Source: a bacterium
GTDB lineage: Bacteria; Patescibacteriota; Doudnabacteria; UBA920; 2-01-FULL-46-14
Assembly: GCA_030700065.1 (NCBI GenBank)
Contig: JAUYKH010000003.1
Coordinates: 2,876-66,875, forward strand
Length of the DNA stretch: 64,000 bases
Direction of reading: 5' to 3'
Shown: one piece after another, positions 18,463 through 28,646 of the stretch
How the letters are laid out: every line of letters begins with the position of its first letter
Position numbering within the stretch: the first letter of the stretch is position 1
The notes under the pieces: model-generated
Told to the model about the DNA's origin: nothing
Database searches by the model: none
What the model saw: only the letters and a program-made list of their open reading frames with translations
Made by a program: the position numbers and the translations under genes

Positions 18463-18684
18463 TTAGACTGCTGGCCGCCCCATATCAGCACCAGATTTGT
18501 TTCGTCCCATGGTTAACAGTTCATACACTGCGGACAGCCCTACCAAAATATAGATAATTTTTGAAACTGTCGCTGTCTGCCCGCCAAAAAGATCGCCAAT
18601 GTCCCAATTAAAAATGGCCAAAACAAGCCAATTGAGCCCGCCAATGGCCAACAATGCAAAAGTCACCGTGTGTAGCCCCTTCAT
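18463..18684 (-). CDS. DUF378 family small membrane protein
   Basis: 'LLAIGGLNW', 'SKIIYILVGLSAVY'; GAGGGG RBS. Confidence 0.85.
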   Translation of the reverse strand: MKGLHTVTFALLAIGGLNWLVLAIFNWDIGDLFGGQTATVSKIIYILVGLSAVYELLTMGRNKSGADMGRPAV

Positions 18685-18720
18685 GTGCTTCACCCCCTCT
18701 CATGGCCACTATAGCAGATT

Positions 18721-18788
18721 TTCACCCCGTTACCAACCGAAAGTAGTAACGCGCGGGGGGTGACAATTGTCAATGGTAACGGGGTGAA
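18721..18788. repeat. MITE/REP-like element with 15-bp perfect terminal inverted repeats
   Basis: ttcaccccgttacca (18721-18735) ... tggtaacggggtgaa (18774-18788). Confidence 0.65.
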
Positions 18789-18801
18789 TTAATTTCACAA
18801 A

Positions 18802-19110
18802 CTAGGCGTGAATTTCGGGATGATGCGTCGATTCGTGGGTAAAATACAGCAAACGGATCAGAAAATAGCCGATCAGGGCGTAGATCAGCATGGCAAACAA
18901 AGTTGTAAACTCAATGACAAAACCTTGAATGCTTGCCGGGGAAGGAAATATCCCCCGGAAGGGCGCAAGCAAGGGCTGGCTCGTGTCATACACCCAATTT
19001 ACAAAGGGCGCTTGGGCGCTGGCCCCGAAAAGACGCAGAATGAACCGCAACCCGAGGACCACTTCAACAAGTCCGAAGACAAAGTTGATTAGAAAAGTAA
19101 AATTTTTCAT
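18802..19110 (-). CDS. YggT family membrane protein
   Basis: 'LRFILRLFGA....FVNWVYDTSQPLLAPFRGIFP'; AGGAGG RBS before ATG 19110. Confidence 0.85.
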   Translation of the reverse strand: MKNFTFLINFVFGLVEVVLGLRFILRLFGASAQAPFVNWVYDTSQPLLAPFRGIFPSPASIQGFVIEFTTLFAMLIYALIGYFLIRLLYFTHESTHHPEIHA

Positions 19111-19173
19111 AACATCACCTCCCTTTACCATGGAGTATAGCAAAGGGGACTGAAAAAATTATGAAGATCGATT

Positions 19174-19542
19174 CTAGTGAACGGCGTATCTTTGCGCCAA
19201 CATGAGGAGCGCTTTCAAATCGAAAGGTTTGGCCAAAAAATCAGCCGCGCCGACTTCCCGCGCGATTTCCGCGAGATCATTGTGCGCCGAAACGATTACG
19301 ACAGGAATATTCCTTGTTTGTTCATCTGCTTTCAAAAGCCGGGTCACTTTCGCCCCATCCATTTCCCCTGGTATCCACAAATCCAAAAAGATAAGAGCGG
19401 GGCTGATTTCTTTTGTCTTTTCCAAAACCATCTCCCCTTTATCACAAATCCAAACGGCGTATCCTTCGCTTTCCAGGATGGTTTTTATGAGCTCGACTAT
19501 GCCGGGGTCGTCCTCCACAATCAAGATTTGTTTCGTATTCAT
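19174..19542 (-). CDS. Single-domain response regulator (CheY-like)
   Basis: 'ILIVEDD', 'IFLDLWIP', 'FLAKPFD'. Confidence 0.9.
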   Translation of the reverse strand: MNTKQILIVEDDPGIVELIKTILESEGYAVWICDKGEMVLEKTKEISPALIFLDLWIPGEMDGAKVTRLLKADEQTRNIPVVIVSAHNDLAEIAREVGAADFLAKPFDLKALLMLAQRYAVH

Positions 19543-21470
19543 TTCTTTAAGGGCAGAGTAAAATAAAAAATGCTTCCTTTTCCTTCTTCGCTTTCCACCC
19601 AGATGTTTCCTCCGTGCTGATGGATGATTTGATGAGAAATATATAAGCCCAGACCCAATCCCGAAAAGGCTTTCGATCCGGGTCCGTGCGCCTGAAAAAA
19701 TCTTTTGAAAATGTCGCTCTTTTGATCATCCGGGATGCCGATTCCAAAATCCTGAACGCTAATTTGCGCGATTTCACCGTTCCTACCCAATTTGATAATA
19801 ATTTTGTCGGAATTTGGAGAATATTTTACCGCATTATCTATGAGATTAGTCAGAACCTGGCCAACGCGATGCGGATCGCCGACGGCCATATTGTTTATTT
19901 CACCGTCGAGCATTATTTGATGCCTCGTGCCGGCCAGCCGAATGTCCTCGATAATTTCATTGGTCAACGCATTAATGTCGAACTCGGTTTGTCGAAATTT
20001 CAGCTTTCCCGCGCCGATCCGCGAAACATCCAAAAGATCGTTCACAAGATTGGTCAATCTGTCGATCTCCAGATTCATCTTGCGCAGAAATCCTTCCAAA
20101 TTTTTATCTTTTCCTCCCAAATATTTTTGCAAAAGCTGAGTGAAACCTTTGATTGTGGTTATCGGAGTTTTGAGCTCATGACTGGCAATGCTCAAAAATT
20201 CATCTTTTTGTCTGGATAGCTTAATTAATTCGCGTTCTGCATCCTTTCTCTCCGTAATATCGTGGGATATTCCAAGGACCCCTATCACATCGCCCTGGAT
20301 ATTTCGATAAACCGTTTTTGTGGAAAGATATGTTCTTTCAATTCCTCCTACGGTTATTGTTTCATCATATGTCAAGGGCAGACCCGTTTGTAATACTTGA
20401 CGGTCAGTGTCAGTAATTTGGTCGGCAATTTGGGACGAGAATAAATCATAAGCCGTTTTGCCAATTATTTGTCCCTTCGTCGCGCCGATCGATTCAGCCC
20501 CAGCCGAATTTATTATTAAATAACGGCCTCGCAAGTCTTTTACGAAGACGACGTCAGTGATGCCCTCGATGACAGCGGACAGCAGACTGTCATGAGCCTT
20601 GACAGCCTCCTCCGCGATTTTTCTACGGGTAATGTCGCGGGTAATACATCCCGCGCCGATTATCTCTCCCTTTTCATTTTTGATTGGAGAGAGCGAGTGC
20701 GAGACATAAAATAAACTTCCGTCTTTGCGTTTCCGGACGGATTCATGGTTTTTTACGCTTACCCCTTCGCCAACCCGCCGCAGCATATTCATTATTTCCT
20801 CCACCCGATTTTGGGGGACAAGCAGCGTGATCGGCTGGCCGATGATTTCATCCGCCGAATAGCCATAAAGTTTTTGTGCCCCCGCATTTCAGGTCGTGAT
20901 TGTTCCGTTGAGAGTTTGGCTCAAGACGGCATCTTCAGTTGATTCGACAATTGTCGCGAGCCTCGATTGCAAATCCTGCATGCTGTGATTCAGGCGGTAA
21001 ATGGTGATCGCTTGGGCGGCGCTGTTCCCGATGAATGTACAAAGAGCGCGATCTTCGTCGGTGAATTTGTGAGATTTTTTGTAGCACAAAATAATGTTGC
21101 CATAAACATAATTTTTGTACCAAATGGGAACAAAGACCACGCTCTGCGTGTATTGTTTGGCATCGCTTCGGAGGGATTTATCTCTTGACGCATCGCGCAC
21201 AAATATAACAGTTCTGGATTTAAAAGTTTTGGCTGTGCGACCTTTCTTTCTCGGCTGCATCGGGTAAAATGGCGTGTTGGGAGTTTTGTAGATGAGTTCA
21301 AAAACGCCTTGATTTTTGTCCCGCACCCAAGTGAAACCAAAATCAGCGCCCAGCACTTTTAGACCAGCGTGGATAAATTTCTGTAGAATTTCTTTTTCGG
21401 CAGTGGCGCGTATGCACGCCAAAACAACCTCATTTAAAAAACTGATTTTTTGAAGCATAGAACTTTGCAT
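19539..21470 (-). pseudogene. GAF-PAS-PAS sensor histidine kinase interrupted by an in-frame TGA (20889-20891)
   Basis: ORFs 20889-21470 and 19539-20804 share one frame; read-through gives 'TITT*NAGAQKLYGYSADEIIGQPI', with TGA at the usual PAS Trp. 'SHELKTP', 'NAVKYS', 'DFGIGI', 'GLGLGL' present. Confidence 0.8.
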
Positions 21471-21502
21471 AGGTGCAAAAAGTAGTCGCTAGGCAGTTGT
21501 GC

Positions 21503-22300
21503 CTAGCGACGAGCGGTTGCCGTTTTTTGGAATGTAACTATGGTATCAATTTCATTCATAAAGCGACATTTTCGGACGGCCATTCGCTTTAGTCCTTTCT
21601 CTGCCAGGACATCTTCGTATTGGCTAAGCCGTCGGAATTTTCCGGACGGCGTAAATCGGAAATTATCGTCCGCAAGTGCCTCATACAATACGAGGTACCC
21701 CCCAGGCGCAATCACGCTGCCAATTTGACACAACGTCTCTTCCCAATCCTGATCATCCACAATATGCAGACCAACCCTGCCGAAGATGACAATTTGCAGA
21801 CTTTCTTCCGCAAAAGGTGGGTGTCGACCGTGGCTGTTTCCAGTTAGCTCATGAGCAAAACCATAAGTTATGCATTTTACATCTGACCGTTTCAGAACCT
21901 GCCTGACTTGCCTTCGGGCCAGGTTAACATATTTTTGGCAAAAATCGATAGCTCGATAATCTCCCCCAGCTTCATCCACGATGATCGGCAAGAGTCTTAA
22001 GAGCAGATTTCCCGGCCCACAGCCGATCTCCAGGACACGCGCCTTTTCACTTACGAGCGGCATTGTTACATCGGCCACGCAGTTGATCAGCTTTTTGTCG
22101 GCAGCACGCAGTTTTCTGTTCATTTTCTCCAATTTCTCGCGCGATCTCCCGTTGTATGGGGTTAATTTCTCGGCCGCGTCAATATAGAGCGTTGTGACTA
22201 TTGCTTCTGCCAAACCCAGCTTTTTACAGCGCTCAAATCGTTTTGACCAAAGCTCCTGCTGCTGTTGCAACAGGGTAGATAACAAGACCTTAATCATCAT
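21503..22300 (-). CDS. Class I SAM-dependent methyltransferase
   Basis: 'RVLEIGCGPGN', 'IAPGGYLVLYE'; AGGAGG RBS. Confidence 0.75.
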   Translation of the reverse strand: MMIKVLLSTLLQQQQELWSKRFERCKKLGLAEAIVTTLYIDAAEKLTPYNGRSREKLEKMNRKLRAADKKLINCVADVTMPLVSEKARVLEIGCGPGNLLLRLLPIIVDEAGGDYRAIDFCQKYVNLARRQVRQVLKRSDVKCITYGFAHELTGNSHGRHPPFAEESLQIVIFGRVGLHIVDDQDWEETLCQIGSVIAPGGYLVLYEALADDNFRFTPSGKFRRLSQYEDVLAEKGLKRMAVRKCRFMNEIDTIVTFQKTATARR

Positions 22301-22448
22301 ATCCTCCTTAAAAGACAAGACCGTTGGGCAACTTTCATAATGCCAAATCCAGAGAAATAAAGCAATAGTAATTTTTAATTTTTTTTTAATCTTTATATCC
22401 TATGATTACATTGAAGACCGTCTAATGTTCAACTAAAAGGGGGGCGAA

Positions 22449-23081
22449 ATGCAATTATCGGCGATGTGCGTGGCCACCGATTTTGGGAAAGTGCTCGTTA
22501 CATATGGCGACCGCGCAGAATTGCTTAAGGAGATTGTTCGACAGCAAGGCGGCAACGAGCGGGTAATAGAAGGAGTCTTCACCGATACGCTTAGTCTGGG
22601 GCTCGATACCGGTGTTTTTACAATGGGTGAGCTTTGGGAGATGGTTCAAGTGCAGGCGGCGTTTGGCGCATTGGGTCTAGACGATTTTTTTGCTTTTTGG
22701 AGACAGCAATATCAGCCCATAGTTCCGGTGGTGGAATATTATCTGGAGCTCCAGAAGAAAAAAATTTTGCTCATTGCTGTCTCGGATGCTGATGAGTTTG
22801 GTTTTGAGCATCAGCGCCGGATATTACGGCAAAGCGGCTTGGATTTTGGGGCCGTATTTGTTTCCTATCAACGACGCAAAAAGAAACCAAAGTTATTCGC
22901 AGATTTGGTTGTTTTCTTGAAAGAGAAGGGAATTGAACCCTCGCAATGCGTGGTGGTGGATGATCTTCACGCGCAGGCAGCCCAAAGGGAGTACGGATTT
23001 ATTCCCGTGACATTTGATGGAACCACACAGGATGTCTCCGTCCTGCGGGAAAGCCTCTCGGCGATTTTTTGCGGGCCATAG
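22449..23081 (+). CDS. HAD-superfamily hydrolase (divergent)
   Basis: 'ATDFGKVLV', 'AVSD', 'KKKP', 'CVVVDD'. Confidence 0.7.
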   Translation: MQLSAMCVATDFGKVLVTYGDRAELLKEIVRQQGGNERVIEGVFTDTLSLGLDTGVFTMGELWEMVQVQAAFGALGLDDFFAFWRQQYQPIVPVVEYYLELQKKKILLIAVSDADEFGFEHQRRILRQSGLDFGAVFVSYQRRKKKPKLFADLVVFLKEKGIEPSQCVVVDDLHAQAAQREYGFIPVTFDGTTQDVSVLRESLSAIFCGP

Positions 23082-23095
23082 CGATAAAAGCCATA

Positions 23096-23130
23096 AATAG
23101 GCAGCTGTCCCAAGGGGCGGCTACCTATTT
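23096..23130 (+). terminator. Terminator-like hairpin
   Basis: aaataggcagctgtcc-caa-ggggcggctacctattt. Confidence 0.5.
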
Positions 23131-23190
23131 TAATGAATTTTTAATCTAAACGAGCTATAATGGCTGTGTGGATTAAAAAGCTCAAATAAT

Positions 23191-23905
23191 ATGGTTATTT
23201 TACTTGTAGAAGATGAAAAAAAGCTCGCGGATTTTGTAAAAACCGCGTTGGAACACGAGCATTATAGCGTGGAATTAGCCTTTGACGGGGACGAAGCCCT
23301 CAAGAAACTGGCAATTTACGACTATGATCTGGTCATTCTGGATGTGATGCTCCCGAAAAAAGACGGCTTTCAAGTGTGCAAAGAAATCCGCGATATGGGA
23401 CTCAAGGTTCCGGTATTAATGCTGACGGCGCGCGACCAGCCAGCTGACAAAGTCGCGGGTCTCAACGTCGGCGCGGACGATTATGTGGTCAAACCATTTG
23501 AGCTCAACGAGCTTTTCGCCAGGATTCGGGCGCTGACCAGGCGAGGCAATGACCTGAAACCGAATCGGCTGGCGGTTGGGGATTTGGTTTTGGACACAGC
23601 CAGCCACGAGGTAACCCGGGGCGGCAAACCCATTGATTTGACCAGCAAGGAATACCGGATTTTGGAGTACCTGATGCGCAACGAAGGCACTGTCTGCAGC
23701 CGCACGATGATCAACGAGCATATCTGGGGATTCAATTACGTGAAAAGCAATATTATCGACGTCTATATGAGCCGGCTGCGCTCCAAAGTGGATCAGGGGC
23801 AAACCAGTGCAGCTGATTCACACAGTCCACGGGGTCGGCTACAAGATTAAGACGCCGAACAATCAGCCCGAAAAAGTCGCCTCTCCGGCGCCTGCCGCTT
23901 TTTAA
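23191..23905 (+). pseudogene. OmpR-family response regulator with a +1 frameshift near the C-terminus
   Basis: Receiver plus winged helix; deleting one G from GGGG (23796-23799) restores '...DQGKPVQLIHTVHGVGYKI...' ending at TAA 23903-23905. Confidence 0.8.
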
Positions 23906-24159
23906 TTTTGGTTTAAGCTTTGAATAGTATTATTAAGAAGGAGGGGACGGGCAGATCCGTCCTCTTCACCATAAACATAAAAAAGATTTATCGAATGCCA
24001 AAGTACGGAGAAAAAGTCAAAAAATAGTCGAGGAGCCCCCGCGGATACACGAATATAAACGAGGCTCCCCATAATTTGGCAAAGCGATGTTTTAGAATCG
24101 ATTCTTTTTGATTTGCTCGAAAAGGGGTGATGGGAGGGTTTTTAGCAGGATTTAAAAAT

Positions 24160-26607
24160 ATGATGCCGAATTTGTCAAAAAGGAAGAAAATATTGTTCAT
24201 TGCCGGACTGGTAATGGTCGTGGTTTTGGCATATCCCCTCGCCTTATTTGTCTATTACCTCTCCCAAGACGAACTTTCTGCCCGCGAAGTACCCCTGTCG
24301 ACCAAGATTCTCGACCGAAACGGCCGCTTGCTTTACGAAGTTCATGGGGATATAAAAAGAACATATCTTCAGCCCGACGAGATTCCGGAAATAATACGGC
24401 AGGCAACCATCGCGGTCGAGGATAAGGATTTCTACCACCATGTCGGCTTCGATTTCACGGCCATAATCCGGGCAACGCTTAAAGATATTCAATCCCGGTC
24501 ATTGCTCCAGGGAGGCAGCACAATTTCACAGCAGTTTGTGCGAAACGCGGTCTTAAGCCGTGAAAAAACCTTTGAAAGAAAGATTAAAGAAGCCGTGCTG
24601 ACCGTATTGTTGGAGCTGCGGTATACCAAAGCGGAGATATTACACATGTATCTCAATGAAGTTCCTTACGGGTCGAATATTTACGGAATCGAAGCGGCGA
24701 GCCAGACTTTTTTCGCAAAACCGGCCAAAGATTTGACAGCGGCCGAGGCCGCTTATTTGGCGGTTCTGCCCAAGGCCCCGACCTATTATTCCCCCCACGG
24801 CGCAAACAGGGAAGATCTTGACGAGCGGACCCGCGGGGCACTTCTGTCCATGCGCGAGGAAGGATTTATTACCAACGAACAGCTGGAATTTGCACTGGCG
24901 GAAGAGGTCCAGTTTCAAAAGAACATAGCAAAAATTGCCGCTCCACATTTTGTGTTTTACGTGCAGGACCTGGTCGAGAAACAATATGGCGCAGATGTCC
25001 TGCGCCAGGGAGGCTTGCAAATTACCACCACCCTGGATCTGAACCTTCAGAACGTCGCGGAAGAGACTGTCGAGAAATATGCCGCCAGAAACGAAAAACA
25101 ATTTCGCGCGACGAATGCGTCGCTTGTGGCACTCGATCCGCGTACCGGTCAAATATTGGCCATGGTCGGCAGCCGCGATTATTTTAATCCGCAATACGGC
25201 GCCGTAAATGTCGCGCTTCGTCCGCGTCAGCCGGGTTCATCTTTTAAACCATACGTGTACGCGGCAGCTTTCAAGGAGGGGATGGCTCCGGCGACCCTGC
25301 TTTTCGACGTCAGAACAAATTTCGGAAGATACGGCGGCCGGGATTACATCCCCAAGAATTATGACGGCCGAACCCGCGGGCCGATATCCATGAGGCAGGC
25401 TCTGCAAGGCTCGCTGAATATTCCGGCCGTGAAGACGCTGATGCTCGTTGGGATAGACGACGCGATCAATACGGCGGAGAGCATGGGTCTCACCACGCTT
25501 GGGGACCGCTCGCGATACGGGCCGGCCCTGGTCCTGGGCGGCGCGGAAGTGAAACTGCTCGAGCACACCGCCGGCTTCGGAACATTCGCGGCCGGGGGCG
25601 TGAAATATGAAACGGCGGCGGTTCTCAAAATTGAGGACAGCAAAGGGAAGATTTTACAGCAGTTTTCCCCGAAGCCGAGGCTGGCGTTGGATCCGGAGAT
25701 TGCCTATCTGATAAATGACGTGCTTTCCGATAACGAGGCCCGGATGTTTATTTTTGCCAACAGAAAGAATGTTTTGACCTTGCCGGACCGCAAGGTCGCG
25801 GCCAAGACCGGAACGACGCAGGATTTCCGGGACGCCTGGACGATCGGCTACGTTCCGAGCTTGGCAACCGGCGTCTGGGTCGGCAACAATGACAATTCTC
25901 CCATGAGGTCCGGTGCGGACGGGTTGTACGCGGCCGCGCCGATTTGGAACGAGTTTATGAAGAAGGCTTTGGCGCTGACCCAAACCCCGCCGGAAAATTT
26001 CGCGAGGCCGGAAGGAATCGTGGAGATTCCCGTGGACAGTCTGTCGGGGAAATTGCCCACGCCATACAGCCCCAGCACAAAAATGGAAGTTTTTTCCAGT
26101 TTCAACGTGCCGACGCAAAAAGACGACATCCATGTCGCGGTCCCGGCTGGTAGCGGAAACTATGTTTCCACAGTCTTTCATTCAGAAAAACCTGATGATC
26201 CCGCGTGGGAAGGCCCGGTCCGGGCCTGGGCCCTGGCCCGCGGCTATGGTGACTCCAGTATCCAATTTGCCGGAACCCGCGATCCGGGTATTGCCATCAG
26301 TCTCTTCGGGGATAATGTGATCACTGCATTGCCGTGGAGTTTGCGCGTCGAAACCGCATCCGCCGAACCCGTACAAACTATCGAACTATATTTAAATAAC
26401 CGCCCGATCGGAGTATATTCGGGCGGCGCGGCGGAATTTATTAGTAGCACAGCGCCTACTGCAGGTTCGTATATTTTGGGTATCAAAGCCGTCACATCAA
26501 ACGACAATTACAATTATCAGGTTTTCAAGCTGGTTTTCTCTGACGAGCCGGCTTTGGCGAGTGTGCAAACTGATGTTGGCGGGGCCGAGACGGAACAGTC
26601 TTTTTGA
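24160..26607 (+). CDS. Class A penicillin-binding protein (PBP1A family)
   Basis: 'EDKDFYHH.G', 'GGSTISQQ', 'RKIKE', 'GSSFKP', 'SLN', 'KTGT'. Start uncertain (24127-24163). Confidence 0.92.
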   Translation: MMPNLSKRKKILFIAGLVMVVVLAYPLALFVYYLSQDELSAREVPLSTKILDRNGRLLYEVHGDIKRTYLQPDEIPEIIRQATIAVEDKDFYHHVGFDFTAIIRATLKDIQSRSLLQGGSTISQQFVRNAVLSREKTFERKIKEAVLTVLLELRYTKAEILHMYLNEVPYGSNIYGIEAASQTFFAKPAKDLTAAEAAYLAVLPKAPTYYSPHGANREDLDERTRGALLSMREEGFITNEQLEFALAEEVQFQKNIAKIAAPHFVFYVQDLVEKQYGADVLRQGGLQITTTLDLNLQNVAEETVEKYAARNEKQFRATNASLVALDPRTGQILAMVGSRDYFNPQYGAVNVALRPRQPGSSFKPYVYAAAFKEGMAPATLLFDVRTNFGRYGGRDYIPKNYDGRTRGPISMRQALQGSLNIPAVKTLMLVGIDDAINTAESMGLTTLGDRSRYGPALVLGGAEVKLLEHTAGFGTFAAGGVKYETAAVLKIEDSKGKILQQFSPKPRLALDPEIAYLINDVLSDNEARMFIFANRKNVLTLPDRKVAAKTGTTQDFRDAWTIGYVPSLATGVWVGNNDNSPMRSGADGLYAAAPIWNEFMKKALALTQTPPENFARPEGIVEIPVDSLSGKLPTPYSPSTKMEVFSSFNVPTQKDDIHVAVPAGSGNYVSTVFHSEKPDDPAWEGPVRAWALARGYGDSSIQFAGTRDPGIAISLFGDNVITALPWSLRVETASAEPVQTIELYLNNRPIGVYSGGAAEFISSTAPTAGSYILGIKAVTSNDNYNYQVFKLVFSDEPALASVQTDVGGAETEQSF

Positions 26608-26610
26608 CAG

Positions 26611-28389
26611 TTATGAAAGGACGGTTTTGCGGATGCGGATGTTTTTGGGCGTGACCTCCACCAGTTCATCATCACCAAGATATTCGAGGGCATCCTCCAG
26701 CCCCATTGTCTTGGGCGCGTTGAAGTGTTTATCCGATCCCTCCCCCTTTGATCTCATGTTGGAGAGTTGTTTGGTTTTGCAGACATTGACGGCCAGATCC
26801 TGGCTTCGGGAATTTTGACCCACGACCTGCCCTTTGTACACGGCCACGCCTGGGCCTATAAACAGCACGCCACGGTCCTGGATATTCAACAGGCCGTACA
26901 TATTGGTGACTCCGCTTTCGTAAGCCACCAAAGAGCCCTGGGAGCGCTCTTTCCAGCCGCCTGGCGGATCAGGCCGGAAATCAACGAAACTCGAATTGAA
27001 AATTCCCAATCCGTGCGCGTCGTTTAAGAATTCGGCTCGATAACCAAACAGCCCGCGCGTTGGAATAACAAATTCCAGATACCCCACCCCCTTCTCTATT
27101 TTCATATTTTGCATTTCCCCGTGACGGCTGCCGAGCCGCTGGATGACGATGCCGACATACTGTTCCGGAACCTCGATAAAAACCTGTTCGTAGGGTACGT
27201 GTGTCCGCCCGTTTTTTTCTTTGGTGATAACCTGGGGCCTTCCGACCTGCAGTTCATACCCTTCCCGCCGCATGCGCTCGATCAGGATGGCCAAATGAAG
27301 CTCTCCCCGCCCCGCGACAATAAATTTCCCTTCCGGCCCGTCTTCGACATGAAGCGCGACATCTTTTTCAAGTTCTTTGTGCAGCCGTTCCCGGATTTGC
27401 CTGCTGGTGCTGAATTTGCCTTCTTTGCCGGCAAAGGGAGAGTCATTGATTTTGAAATTCATTTTCACGGTCGGCTCCTCGATCGCGAGCAGGGGAAGCG
27501 CCAGCGGCTCCTGCGGATCGGCCACCGTCTCCCCGACCAGGATATCGCTTACACCGGCCAGGGCGATGATGTCGCCCGCTGTCGCATCCGGCGTTTCGAG
27601 CCGTTCCAGACCCTCGAATGTCATCAGAGAAATCAAGCGGTATTTCCGGATTTGACCGCCGCGATTGATATGGGCCACTTCCTGGCCGCTTTTCACAACC
27701 CCGTTATAGATTCGTCCGGTGGCGAGCCGGCCTTTGAAACTGTCGTAATCAATGTTGGTCACGAGAATTTGCAGAGGCTTCGCCGGGTCGCCGGATGGCG
27801 GGGGAATGTGTTGGATAATTGCGTCAAAGACCGGGGAAATATTTTCCATCTTTGAGAGGTCAGCTTCAATTCCAGCTTTCCCAAGCTTGGCGGAAGCAAA
27901 CAGCACCGGGAAATTGGCCGCGCTGTCACTCGCCTTAAGCTCCAGGAAAAGGTCAAGGGTTTTGTCCAAAACGTGTTTGTGCCGCTCGTCCGGTTTGTCT
28001 ATTTTGTTGATCACAACAATAATTTTGTGTCCGAGTTTCAGCGCCTGCTTCAGCACGAATTTGGTCTGCGGCATGGGCCCCTCTTTTGCGTCGACCAGCA
28101 GGAGACAGCCGTCGGCCAATTTGAGCACCCGTTCGACCTCGCCTCCGAAATCAGCGTGCCCGGGCGTGTCAATAATGTTGATTTTGACGCCGTTCCAGCG
28201 CACTGACGCGTTTTTTGAAAAGATAGTGATTCCCCGCTCTCGTTCCAGCTCGTTCGTGTCGAGGATTTGCTCGCGATCGATGACCTCTTTGCCGAGCTTG
28301 GTTTTGGACTGGCGCAGCAAAGCATCCACGAGCGTTGTTTTCCCGTGGTCGACATGAGCGATAATCGCGACATTCCTGATGTTGTTCAT
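26611..28389 (-). CDS. typA: Translational GTPase TypA/BipA
   Basis: 'AHVDHGKTT', 'DTPGHADFGGEVER', 'GRGELHL', 'DDELVEVTP..IRIRK'. Confidence 0.97.
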   Translation of the reverse strand: MNNIRNVAIIAHVDHGKTTLVDALLRQSKTKLGKEVIDREQILDTNELERERGITIFSKNASVRWNGVKINIIDTPGHADFGGEVERVLKLADGCLLLVDAKEGPMPQTKFVLKQALKLGHKIIVVINKIDKPDERHKHVLDKTLDLFLELKASDSAANFPVLFASAKLGKAGIEADLSKMENISPVFDAIIQHIPPPSGDPAKPLQILVTNIDYDSFKGRLATGRIYNGVVKSGQEVAHINRGGQIRKYRLISLMTFEGLERLETPDATAGDIIALAGVSDILVGETVADPQEPLALPLLAIEEPTVKMNFKINDSPFAGKEGKFSTSRQIRERLHKELEKDVALHVEDGPEGKFIVAGRGELHLAILIERMRREGYELQVGRPQVITKEKNGRTHVPYEQVFIEVPEQYVGIVIQRLGSRHGEMQNMKIEKGVGYLEFVIPTRGLFGYRAEFLNDAHGLGIFNSSFVDFRPDPPGGWKERSQGSLVAYESGVTNMYGLLNIQDRGVLFIGPGVAVYKGQVVGQNSRSQDLAVNVCKTKQLSNMRSKGEGSDKHFNAPKTMGLEDALEYLGDDELVEVTPKNIRIRKTVLS

Positions 28390-28447
28390 AAAAGTGATAA
28401 ATGAACCTCCGTGTTCTCTTATAAAATGAGTTCATTCTCCGTAGCTT

Positions 28448-28480
28448 GCCATCCTCCTTCGCTAAAGCTTCGGAGGATTC
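28448..28480. repeat. Short palindromic intergenic element
   Basis: atcctcc-ttcgctaaagcttc-ggaggat; shares AAGCTTCGGA with the insert at 56090-56122. Confidence 0.5.
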
Positions 28481-28646
28481 TCATAATATTGAATCTCCGC
28501 AGACAAGCTGCGGAGTTATAACAGCGGAGGAGAACAAAAAATCTGCGCTTTCAGGCAGAATTCTTAAGCGAACTCTTCTATCTCTGTATATCAAATTTTT
28601 TGTTGAATGTCAACCAATCGCAAGTAATCTGTGCTAAAATGATTTC

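Noticed and set aside
20889-20891. Genome-wide UGA recoding (genetic code 4 or 25)
   Set aside because: TGA terminates other genes normally (e.g. 5665, 17697, 41705) and long core genes have no internal TGA.
6742-28389. Many 60-250 aa ORFs overlapping rpoB, rpoC, valS, PBP1A and typA
   Set aside because: Alternative-frame or antisense shadows typical of long genes with biased codon usage.
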